Shown here: positions 18,993-26,873 of the stretch, piece after piece | Layout: the number at the start of each line of letters is the position of its first letter | Position numbering within the stretch: the stretch's first letter is position 1 | Origin: an uncultured Chloroflexia bacterium | GTDB taxonomy: Bacteria; Chloroflexota; Limnocylindria; Limnocylindrales; CSP1-4 | Direction of reading: 5' to 3' | Length of the DNA stretch: 64,000 bases | NCBI GenBank assembly: GCA_963819655.1 | Contig: CAWFXA010000001.1 | Span: forward strand, 352,001-416,000 | Notes under the pieces: model-generated | The model's database searches: none | What the model was told of the DNA's origin: nothing | What the model saw: the letters and a program-made list of their open reading frames with translations, nothing else | Position numbers and translations under genes: made by a program

Positions 18993-19157
18993 CGGTCACC
19001 GGGTGACCGAACGAGCGGATGAACCGCCACGATCGGTTCGTCCGAGGCCGATCGTTCGTCGATCCGGTCACGGGGTGACTGAACGGGCCTCTACCGCCCG
19101 GTCAGAGAGTCGCTGGAGCCGGGGCGTTCGTCGGTTCGGTCACCGGGTGACCCGTCG
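18993..19157. repeat. Three palindromic repeats at an exact 72-bp period (CRISPR-like geometry, degenerate)
   Basis: CGGTCAC(C/G)GGGTGAC at 18993, 19065 and 19137; copies 2 and 3 share the upstream CGTTCGTCG. Confidence 0.75.
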
Positions 19158-19543
19158 ACCACCGAAGTCGCCTCGTCCTCGAGCTCGCCGACTGTCCGCG
19201 TGGCACTGCCCATCGGTCGTCGCCGGCTGCGGCGATCAGCCGCGACCAGGCGGAGCAGGAAGATGATCGTCTGCCCGGTCGTAAGGAGCAGGCCGATGAC
19301 CGCGAACAGCAGCGCGGCGCTCACGGCCTCCGGCCAGCGCCACGCGACGCTCAGCGGCGTGAGGACGACGAACACAGCCAGCACCGCGAGCTGGAATCGG
19401 AAGCAACCCAATCCGGGACCACGCTGGGCCTCCAGGTCCGCCCCCTTGTACTGAACCGGGCCCGACGGCCGCGGTGGCCGTGGCGGAGTCGGGTCGGTGT
19501 CGGTCGCGGCGGTCGCGTCGATCTGCGGGTCGGTCTCGGTCAC
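19091..19543 (-). CDS. Hypothetical membrane protein (2 TM)
   Basis: YKGADLEAQRGPGLGCF followed by two hydrophobic helices; TATCGT 8 nt before the GTG. Confidence 0.7.
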   Translation of the reverse strand: MTETDPQIDATAATDTDPTPPRPPRPSGPVQYKGADLEAQRGPGLGCFRFQLAVLAVFVVLTPLSVAWRWPEAVSAALLFAVIGLLLTTGQTIIFLLRLVAADRRSRRRPMGSATRTVGELEDEATSVVDGSPGDRTDERPGSSDSLTGR

Positions 19544-19563
19544 GAGCGGGAACGATACGGGAG

Positions 19564-20088
19564 TCAGGCGGCAGGCGGATCCGTGGCAAGGCCGTCGACG
19601 ACCTCGACGCCCGGGAGGGCGAGCAGGATCGACGGTGCGGCAAGCACCTTCCACGACCTTGACCCGCCACCGAGCACGATCCGCTCGCGCTGCATGACGC
19701 GGCGGTCGACCCAGATCGGCAGCGAGGCCGGCAGCCCGAACACCGTGACGCCACCGATCTCCATCCCGGTGATGTCGCGGGTCGACTCCGACGGAGCGAA
19801 TGACGCCTTCCGCGTACCCAGCCGGTCACGCACCGCGCGGTTGACGTCGAGCCGGTTGGGGGCGAGCACGACACAGGCCGCATAGCGCGGTGGGTCGCTC
19901 TTGCCGATGACGAGGATCGTGTTGGCCGAGTCCTCGGGATCGAACCCGTAAGCGGCACAGAAGGCGGCGGTATCGGCCAGGGCGGGGTCACACGGGAACA
20001 GTTCGTAGTCGACACCGATCGGATCCAGAGCCGCGACGAGCCGGTGGCGACCCTCGGGATCGTGGCTGGCGAGATCGACATCGGACAT
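19564..20088 (-). CDS. YbaK/EbsC aminoacyl-tRNA editing family protein
   Basis: ANTILV, RLDVN, KASFA, TGMEIGGVTVFG, GGGSR. Confidence 0.88.
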   Translation of the reverse strand: MSDVDLASHDPEGRHRLVAALDPIGVDYELFPCDPALADTAAFCAAYGFDPEDSANTILVIGKSDPPRYAACVVLAPNRLDVNRAVRDRLGTRKASFAPSESTRDITGMEIGGVTVFGLPASLPIWVDRRVMQRERIVLGGGSRSWKVLAAPSILLALPGVEVVDGLATDPPAA

Positions 20089-20120
20089 CGGCCCAAGCGT
20101 AGTCGGTACCATCGCGGTCG

Positions 20121-21743
20121 ATGACCGACCGAACCACCCTCCAGCCACCGACCGATGTGCCGGACATCGACGCCTACCTGAGGCGCTTCGACTGGCACCC
20201 GGAACCCGAGCTCATCGGCTATCGCGACGAGGCGACATCCCGGGCGGCCCTGGCCTCGTTGGGCGCCAAGACCTGGCACGAGGCACTGGCGTTCCTGTAC
20301 GGCATCGCATCCCGGCGAGCCATGGGTGACGCGTCGCCTTATCCCGAGGCGAGGCGACGGTATTACGGGTCCGATCCCGCCGGTCCGCGCGACGGCCCGG
20401 GCGCCGCTCCGGATGGCCCCCTGCGAGCCGCCGAGGTGCTCGCCGAGTTCTCCGACCGCCTCGCGGGCGGGCTCATGAACGCGCAGCATCCCCGCCAGTT
20501 CGGCTATTTCACACCGCCGCCGCTGCCGATGTCGATCATGGGAGAGCTGCTCGCCCAGATCGCCAACCAGGGCGTGGACGTCTGGCACGCCGGCCCGTTC
20601 GCGGCCTTCGCCGAGGAGGAGGTCGTCCGCTGGCTGTGCGACCTCGTCGGGTACGGCCCGGGATCGTTCGGGCTGCTGACGAGCGGCGGGGTCATGGCCA
20701 ACTTCATGGGCATGGCCCTGGCTCGCGACCTGCACCTTGGCCGCGCCCGCGGACTCGCGGCGCCGCCGCGCGGCAAGGATCTCGAGGCTGCCCGTGTCTA
20801 CACCAGCGACCAGACCCATTTCTCGATCGCGCGAGCGCTCGACGAACTGGGGTTCCCGCCCGAGACCCTGGTCGTGCTGCCATCCGACGACGACTTCCGC
20901 CTCCGCGGAGCCCCCCTCGCTGAGGCCGTGGCACGTGATCGGGGCGCCGGGCTGACGCCATTCGCCATCGCCGCGGTCGCCGGTTCGACGAACACCGGCT
21001 CGGTCGATGCCATCGGGGAGCTGGCCGACGTCGCCGATGCCGAGGGTCTGTGGCTCCACGTGGACGCTGCATACGGCGGCGGGGCCCGCCTGTCCGAGCG
21101 GGACCGTGATCGCGTCCCCGACCTGGAGCGCGCGCATTCCGTCACGGTCGATCCCCACAAGTGGTTCTTCCAGGCATATGACATCGGGGGCCTGCTGGTC
21201 CGCGACGGCCGGGCGCTGGCTGCGGTATTCGGCGGCCGGGCTCCCGAGTACTACCGCGGCGGGGAGACTCCAGGGAGCGGCGTCCTGGACTCCTTGCCTG
21301 ACGATGAGCACGACCAACACGCCGACCAGCTCAACTTCTACAAGCTGTCATTCGAGGGAACTCGCCGGTGGCGGGCGCTCAAGCTGTGGATGACCTGGAA
21401 GCACCTCGGGACGCGCGGCTTGGGACGGCTCGTCGAGGCCAATGACGACCTCGCCGCCTACCTCGCCGCGCGCTGTGCGGCGGACGACGATCTGGAGGCG
21501 CTGCCGGCCGTGCCGGAACTGTCGGTGGTGTGTTTCCGGCATGTCCCTGCGGGCCTCGCTGGGGAGGCGCTCGACGCCCACCAAGACCGACTCCAGGCTG
21601 CGCTGGAGGTGTCCGGTGACGGCTGGCTGACGACGACCCGCCTGCGTGGCGCCACCTGGCTCCGTGCCGGGATCGTCAACTACCTCTCTACTGAGGCCGA
21701 CATCGACCGATTGCTCGACACGCTGCGACGACTCGCGGGATGA
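20121..21743 (+). CDS. Group II PLP-dependent amino-acid decarboxylase
   Basis: HPRQFGYF, TSGGVMAN, HFSI, AGSTNTGSVD, WLHVDAAYGG, DPHKW. Confidence 0.92.
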   Translation: MTDRTTLQPPTDVPDIDAYLRRFDWHPEPELIGYRDEATSRAALASLGAKTWHEALAFLYGIASRRAMGDASPYPEARRRYYGSDPAGPRDGPGAAPDGPLRAAEVLAEFSDRLAGGLMNAQHPRQFGYFTPPPLPMSIMGELLAQIANQGVDVWHAGPFAAFAEEEVVRWLCDLVGYGPGSFGLLTSGGVMANFMGMALARDLHLGRARGLAAPPRGKDLEAARVYTSDQTHFSIARALDELGFPPETLVVLPSDDDFRLRGAPLAEAVARDRGAGLTPFAIAAVAGSTNTGSVDAIGELADVADAEGLWLHVDAAYGGGARLSERDRDRVPDLERAHSVTVDPHKWFFQAYDIGGLLVRDGRALAAVFGGRAPEYYRGGETPGSGVLDSLPDDEHDQHADQLNFYKLSFEGTRRWRALKLWMTWKHLGTRGLGRLVEANDDLAAYLAARCAADDDLEALPAVPELSVVCFRHVPAGLAGEALDAHQDRLQAALEVSGDGWLTTTRLRGATWLRAGIVNYLSTEADIDRLLDTLRRLAG

Positions 21744-22180
21744 GGTCGGTATTCGCCCTGGTCCTGATCATCGCGCTGGCGACGATGGCGATCGTGGCGT
21801 GCTCGGCCGTCCCGGTCTTCGGGCGGTGCGATGTGATGCTCACGGCCCTGCCCCCGGGAACGCTCATCGACGAGACTGCCCCGTTGCCGGCCGACGCCGT
21901 CGTGCTCGCTGGCCCGGCGGATTTCGATCCGGACGCCACGAGCCTCGAGCGTTTCGAGGACAGCTTTCGGCTTTCGCTCCAACTCCGGGGCGACGCGGTG
22001 GGTCGGGTGGCCGCGCATACGGCGGGCCACCCTGGAGACCAGGTGGCGATCGCGATCAATGGCCAAGTCGTGCTCGTGCCGATCATCCAGGAGCCCATCC
22101 TCGACGGCGTCATCGAGGTATTCCCCGGGGGGCTCGACCCGGATGGGTTCGAGCAACAGTTCGCGGGCTGCATTCGCTAG
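21740..22180 (+). CDS. Lipoprotein with a SecDF P1-head-like domain
   Basis: IVAC lipobox; GDQVAIAINGQVVLVPIIQEPILDG resembles the SecD head; ATGA overlap. Confidence 0.6.
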   Translation: MRSVFALVLIIALATMAIVACSAVPVFGRCDVMLTALPPGTLIDETAPLPADAVVLAGPADFDPDATSLERFEDSFRLSLQLRGDAVGRVAAHTAGHPGDQVAIAINGQVVLVPIIQEPILDGVIEVFPGGLDPDGFEQQFAGCIR

Positions 22181-23271
22181 GCGGTCGGACCTTCACCCAG
22201 CGGCGCCGGTCGATAGCACCGGGACGTGACGGCCTCGACGCGACCTGACGAGGTCGCCGACTCGATCGCCAGCAGCACGTCGAGCACATGGAAGGCGAGC
22301 TCGCCGCTCGCCCGATGCGGCTCCTTCGATCGGATCCCGGCGATGAGGTCCGCGAGCCCGATCCCCCGGCCGACCGAAGCGTCGAAGCGGAGCGGTATCA
22401 GCTCCCAATCGCGGGCGCCGAGTGGCCGATAGCGCACCTCCCCGTCGAACTGATCCGGATCGCCGAGGATCAGCGAGCCCGCGGTCCCGTGGATCTCGAA
22501 ATGCGGCGCCTCACTACCCACGACATCGAACGACGCCGTCAGCCCGCCGACAGCGCCCGACTCGAAGGCGAGCGCCGCGATCGCCGTGGTCGGGACCTCG
22601 GCCGTGACGGTTCCTCCAGCACGCGGCCCAGACCCGATCGGCCGCTCGGTACCCACACCGCGCCCGACCGCGGACGCGGCGACGATCGGGCCGAGGAGCG
22701 ATACCAGCGCCGTCGCGTAGTACGGCCCGACATCGAGCAACGGCCCACCGCCGGTCGCATAGAAGATGCCCGGGTTGGAGTGCCAGGACTCCGGCCCGAG
22801 GTGGGCCACGGATGCGGTCGCCGCGATCGGAGTCCCGATGGCCCCTTCGTCGATGAGTGCCCGCGCCGTCTGCAAGCCGCCGCCGAGAAACGTGTCCGGA
22901 GCGGCACCGACGCGGACGCCCGCGTCACGCGCCTCGGCAAGGACCGTCCGCGCGTCGTCGAGCGTCGTTGCGAGCGGCTTCTCCGAGTAGACGTGCTTGC
23001 CGGCCCGGATGGCCGCCAGCGACACGGCGGCGTGGGCTGCCGGGGGCGTCAGGTTGAGGACGATGTCGATGGTCGGGTCGGCCAGGAGGGTGTCGATGTC
23101 GACGGCCGGGAAGCCACCGGCGGTCGCGACCGCCTCGGCGCGGGTCGAGTCGAGGTCCGCGCACGACGCCAGCTGGATGATCGGCAGGCGCGCCATGGAG
23201 GGCAGGTACAAGCCTGTGACATCGCCGCAACCGACCATCCCGACCCGGGCCGGGCGTTCCTCCACGATCAC
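22177..23271 (-). CDS. Gfo/Idh/MocA family oxidoreductase
   Basis: VGMVGCG, AGKHVYSEKP, GGGPLLDVGPY; GTGA overlap with the upstream gene. Confidence 0.92.
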   Translation of the reverse strand: MIVEERPARVGMVGCGDVTGLYLPSMARLPIIQLASCADLDSTRAEAVATAGGFPAVDIDTLLADPTIDIVLNLTPPAAHAAVSLAAIRAGKHVYSEKPLATTLDDARTVLAEARDAGVRVGAAPDTFLGGGLQTARALIDEGAIGTPIAATASVAHLGPESWHSNPGIFYATGGGPLLDVGPYYATALVSLLGPIVAASAVGRGVGTERPIGSGPRAGGTVTAEVPTTAIAALAFESGAVGGLTASFDVVGSEAPHFEIHGTAGSLILGDPDQFDGEVRYRPLGARDWELIPLRFDASVGRGIGLADLIAGIRSKEPHRASGELAFHVLDVLLAIESATSSGRVEAVTSRCYRPAPLGEGPTA

Positions 23272-24089
23272 GTGCCGCGGCTGCGGGCGAGCCCTCGAGC
23301 CGTCAGGTTTGCGAGGCTCTGCCGGGTCGCCGTGATGGCGGACCCCTCGACGTGGTCGAACTCGACGATGAGCCACTCGACCGATCCCTGGGCCTCCGCC
23401 GCGGCGATGGCGGGACCCGGATCGACCACTCCCGTCCCGACGGGCACGTTGACGAACGGTTCGTCGGCATAAGCCGACCGTGGCAGCTCGATCCCGTCCT
23501 TGACGTGCAGCGACACAACGCGCTCGCCGAGTCGGCTGATCACTGTCGCCGGGTCGGCCCCGCCGACGACCACCCAGAAGATGTCGACCTGGAAGTCGAC
23601 GGCGTCGCCGAGGCCAGCAGCGAGGCGATCGATGACCGACGTCCCATCGACGTCGGTCATCTCCGTGTCGTGGTTGTGGTACGTCAGGCGGAGGCCGTGC
23701 GTCGCAGCCACCCCGGCGACAGTCCCGACCTGGTCGATGAGCGCACTGACCCCGCCCAGCGTCGCAACAGCACGCGGCGTGACCACCACGCGCGGCGACC
23801 CGAGCTCCGCGATGGCCGCCGCGGCCCGCGCGAATGCCATGGGATCCGCGAGATCGGCCCATGTGTGTGAGCTCGTGACGGCGAGCCCCAGGTCCGCCAG
23901 GAGGCGCCGCGCCCCGACCGCATCACCACCCGGGACGTCGACCGTCTCGACCCCGAGATAGCCGCTGGCCGCGATCGCATCGAGCGTCACGATGTCCAGG
24001 CCCATACCCGCGCCCCCGAACCGGACCGGATCGCGGAACGTGTAGAGCTGGACGGCCAGCGGCGGCGGTTCGCGGTGCGGCTCAACCAT
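23268..24089 (-). CDS. Sugar phosphate isomerase/epimerase (IolE-like TIM barrel)
   Basis: VQLYT, YHNH..E, QVDIFW, LHVKD, IVEFD. Confidence 0.88.
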   Translation of the reverse strand: MVEPHREPPPLAVQLYTFRDPVRFGGAGMGLDIVTLDAIAASGYLGVETVDVPGGDAVGARRLLADLGLAVTSSHTWADLADPMAFARAAAAIAELGSPRVVVTPRAVATLGGVSALIDQVGTVAGVAATHGLRLTYHNHDTEMTDVDGTSVIDRLAAGLGDAVDFQVDIFWVVVGGADPATVISRLGERVVSLHVKDGIELPRSAYADEPFVNVPVGTGVVDPGPAIAAAEAQGSVEWLIVEFDHVEGSAITATRQSLANLTARGLARSRGT

Positions 24090-24486
24090 GTCCGTGGAGC
24101 AACCCGCCGACGTGTTCGAGCAGCTTCCAGGCGACCTCGGCATCACCCTTCACGAACGCTCGGAAGTCCCAGAACGTCATGACCAGCGTCCGCAGGTCGG
24201 TCGTCGCGGTGATGGTCGCGGTCCGGACGCGGTCGCTGATGAGGGCGACCTCGCCGAAATAGCTGCCAGGCCCCACCGTGTCGACCTCTTTGCCCCCGAC
24301 GCTGACGACCCCCTCGCCCTCAACGACGACGAAGAAGCCCATCCCATGGGTGTCGCCTTCGCGCACGACGACACTACCGGCAGGGAACGTGCGTTCGGTG
24401 AAGTCGCGTGCCAGGCGCTCGAGTTCTTTCCTGTCGAGGCTCGAGAGCAACGGCACCTTGGCCAGGAGTTCGACGGACTCGGACAT
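24082..24486 (-). CDS. Stand-alone cyclic nucleotide-binding domain protein
   Basis: VVREGD, YFGEVALI...RTAT. Confidence 0.9.
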   Translation of the reverse strand: MSESVELLAKVPLLSSLDRKELERLARDFTERTFPAGSVVVREGDTHGMGFFVVVEGEGVVSVGGKEVDTVGPGSYFGEVALISDRVRTATITATTDLRTLVMTFWDFRAFVKGDAEVAWKLLEHVGGLLHGHG

Positions 24487-24524
24487 GACGGTCTCCACCT
24501 GCGGATGATCGACGTTCAGTTGGA

Positions 24525-25844
24525 CTATCCACCGTTGCGCGAGCGCGCGGCCAGCCGGTCCTGCAGGCGGAACCACTCCCCGGCGAACGGCATGAACCAG
24601 GGCCGGCCTTCGTAGGGTGCCGGCACGAGCGGGAACCGCAGGCGCGTGAGGGCCGGCGCCTCGCCACCGGCCAGCCAGGCACCGACCTTCGTGCCGAGGT
24701 TGGTCATCAGGGCGACACCCGTTCCGCAACAGCCCATCGCGTAGGTGACGCCGTCCTTCGTCCGCCCGACGTGCGGCATCCGGTCGAACGTGAAGCCGAC
24801 GTTGCCGCCCCACGCGTACTCGATGCGGTAGTCGGCCATCTGCGGGTGGACCTCGACGAGACCCTTCCACAGGATCGCCGCCGTCTTGTCGATGGTCGTG
24901 GGCATGAACGACGCTCGACCGCCGAAGACCATCCGACGGTCCGCCGACACGTGCCAGTAGTACAGGAAGTTCTTCGTGTCGAAGAAGGCGCGCCCCTTGG
25001 GCGACAGCTCGTGGGCGATGTCCTCCGGGAGCTGCTCCGAGGCGATGATGAACGAGCCGATCGGGATGATCCGTCGGCGGAGCGATGGCACGACGCCGTC
25101 GGTGTAGCCGTTGGTCGCGACGAAGACATCGCGAGCGCGGATCGCGCCGCGCGTGGTCTCGACCCTGAACGTGCCATCCCCCTGGCGCCGGATCGAGCGG
25201 GCACGCACGCCCTCGTGCAGGTCTGCGCCGGCTCGGTCTGCGGCGGCGGCCAGGCCAGCGAAATACCGACCCGGATGCAGCAGCCCGGTGGCCTCGACCA
25301 CGAGCGCGCCGTAATACGCATCGCTGCCGATCTCCTCGCGGATGCGCTCGCGGGGCACGACCGTCGAACTGACACCGACCGACGCCAGGCTCTCACGCGC
25401 ATGCTCGAGCTCGGGCGCGTGAGCGGGCGCGTATGCAAGCTCGAGGTGCCCGATCTCCCTGAAGTCGCAATCGATGGACTCCTCATCGATCAACCGCTTC
25501 ACGAGCCGGTAGGAATCGAGCGTCTCCTGGTAGAGCGCCTTGCCGGTCTGGATCCCGTAACGCTTGATCAGCTGGCTGGCGCTCCACTTGTAGCCGGCGT
25601 GGACGATGCCGCCATTCCGCGTCGACGCGCCCCATCCCAGGGTATGGGCCTCGAGCAGCGTGACGGCGACGCCCCGGCGTGCCAGCTCGCGGGCGGCCAT
25701 GACGCCCGCGTAACCACCACCGATCACGACGACGTCCGCCTCGGCGGGCAGATCGCGGCCGGACCGGTCTGGGAGTGGTGCCATCGACGCCTGCCAGAAG
25801 GCGCGGCGTTCGAAGTCGGTGTTCAGAGGCGGGGTCGCGGCCAT
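24525..25844 (-). CDS. FAD-dependent amine oxidoreductase (PuuB/DadA-like)
   Basis: VIGGGYAG, GASTRNGG, ATNGY, YAWGG. Confidence 0.9.
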   Translation of the reverse strand: MAATPPLNTDFERRAFWQASMAPLPDRSGRDLPAEADVVVIGGGYAGVMAARELARRGVAVTLLEAHTLGWGASTRNGGIVHAGYKWSASQLIKRYGIQTGKALYQETLDSYRLVKRLIDEESIDCDFREIGHLELAYAPAHAPELEHARESLASVGVSSTVVPRERIREEIGSDAYYGALVVEATGLLHPGRYFAGLAAAADRAGADLHEGVRARSIRRQGDGTFRVETTRGAIRARDVFVATNGYTDGVVPSLRRRIIPIGSFIIASEQLPEDIAHELSPKGRAFFDTKNFLYYWHVSADRRMVFGGRASFMPTTIDKTAAILWKGLVEVHPQMADYRIEYAWGGNVGFTFDRMPHVGRTKDGVTYAMGCCGTGVALMTNLGTKVGAWLAGGEAPALTRLRFPLVPAPYEGRPWFMPFAGEWFRLQDRLAARSRNGG

Positions 25845-25904
25845 GGTCGCGAGCGTAGCCGAGGCGAGCGCGACCCCGCACGACGTCGCGCCGGATGGCC
25901 CGGT

Positions 25905-26111
25905 CTAGGCGGTGTGAGGAAGCTCCCAGCCCGGCTCAGGGACGATCACCCGGTTCGCGGTTTCGCCGTGCGTTTCGGCGAGGTGTGCGAAGAACCGCGC
26001 GCGACGATGGGAGACGATCCGGGCGTCCCGGCACGGACAACCCTCGGCCAGGCAACCCGATCGAGGCTCGCGTCCTGCCCTCTGCTCGGTCCTGGTCTCG
26101 TTGGTGTCCAT
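25905..26111 (-). CDS. Small Cys-motif hypothetical protein
   Basis: GAGG SD before the ATG; C-x4-C-P-C; fills an otherwise empty gap. Confidence 0.55.
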   Translation of the reverse strand: MDTNETRTEQRAGREPRSGCLAEGCPCRDARIVSHRRARFFAHLAETHGETANRVIVPEPGWELPHTA

Positions 26112-26321
26112 GGTCCTCGTCTCCGCACCTTCTATGGCGCTGCGGCTCAGGATTTCGTTCGATGTTCCTGACGACTCTGGTACGAAGATGACGTCGGGTC
26201 GGACGATTCCGTTGCAGCGCTAGAGCCCGTTGTCCGAAATCGGACATGCGACGGCACGCACGACCGAACCTGGACGTCCTGACCGGCATCAGATGATCGA
26301 ACGCGCCGCAGGAGGGAGCCG

Positions 26322-26873
26322 ATCTCACCCGCGACAGACCGATCGCTCGTCGAACGGGCTCGCAACGGCGACCTCGACGCGTTCGAGGAGATCGTGCGTG
26401 TCCGGATGGATGGCGTATACCGACTGAGCGTCGCGATCCTCGGCGACGAGGCCGATGCGCGCGATGCCGCCCAGGACACGTTCATCACGGCGTGGCGGCA
26501 GATCCGAGCCGTGCGCGATCCGGGCAAGTTCGACGCGTGGCTCCAGCGCGTGGCGGTCAACGCGGCGCGGATGACGCATCGCTCGCGGCGACGTCGTGGC
26601 GTCCGCGAGATCCCGCTAAGCCGGCTCGGAGAGGCGCCGACCTCCGGGCCGTCTGTCGAGCTGGCGGACACCGATGGCCGCGTGCTCGATACCGCGATGC
26701 GGGCCCTCGAGATCGACCAGCGATCGATCCTCGTCCTGCACCACCTCGAGGGCCGATCGATCGTTGAGCTGGCGGCGATCCTCGATGTCCCGACGGGGAC
26801 CGTGAAGTCTCGTCTGCACGCCGCTCGGCGGGCGCTCCAAGCGGCGATCGACGCCGAAGCGATCGATCGATGA
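26322..26873 (+). CDS. ECF RNA polymerase sigma-70 factor (probable non-canonical ATC start)
   Basis: DRSLVERARNGDLDAFEEIV..DAAQDTF..AW..FDAWL, and GTVKSRLHAAR in region 4; in-frame TGA at 26280 and no ATG/GTG/TTG until 26394. Confidence 0.85.
   Translation: MSPATDRSLVERARNGDLDAFEEIVRVRMDGVYRLSVAILGDEADARDAAQDTFITAWRQIRAVRDPGKFDAWLQRVAVNAARMTHRSRRRRGVREIPLSRLGEAPTSGPSVELADTDGRVLDTAMRALEIDQRSILVLHHLEGRSIVELAAILDVPTGTVKSRLHAARRALQAAIDAEAIDR

Noticed and set aside
18993-19157. Bona fide CRISPR array call
   Set aside because: Only three degenerate copies, no AT-rich leader and no cas genes; kept as a repeat and a finding
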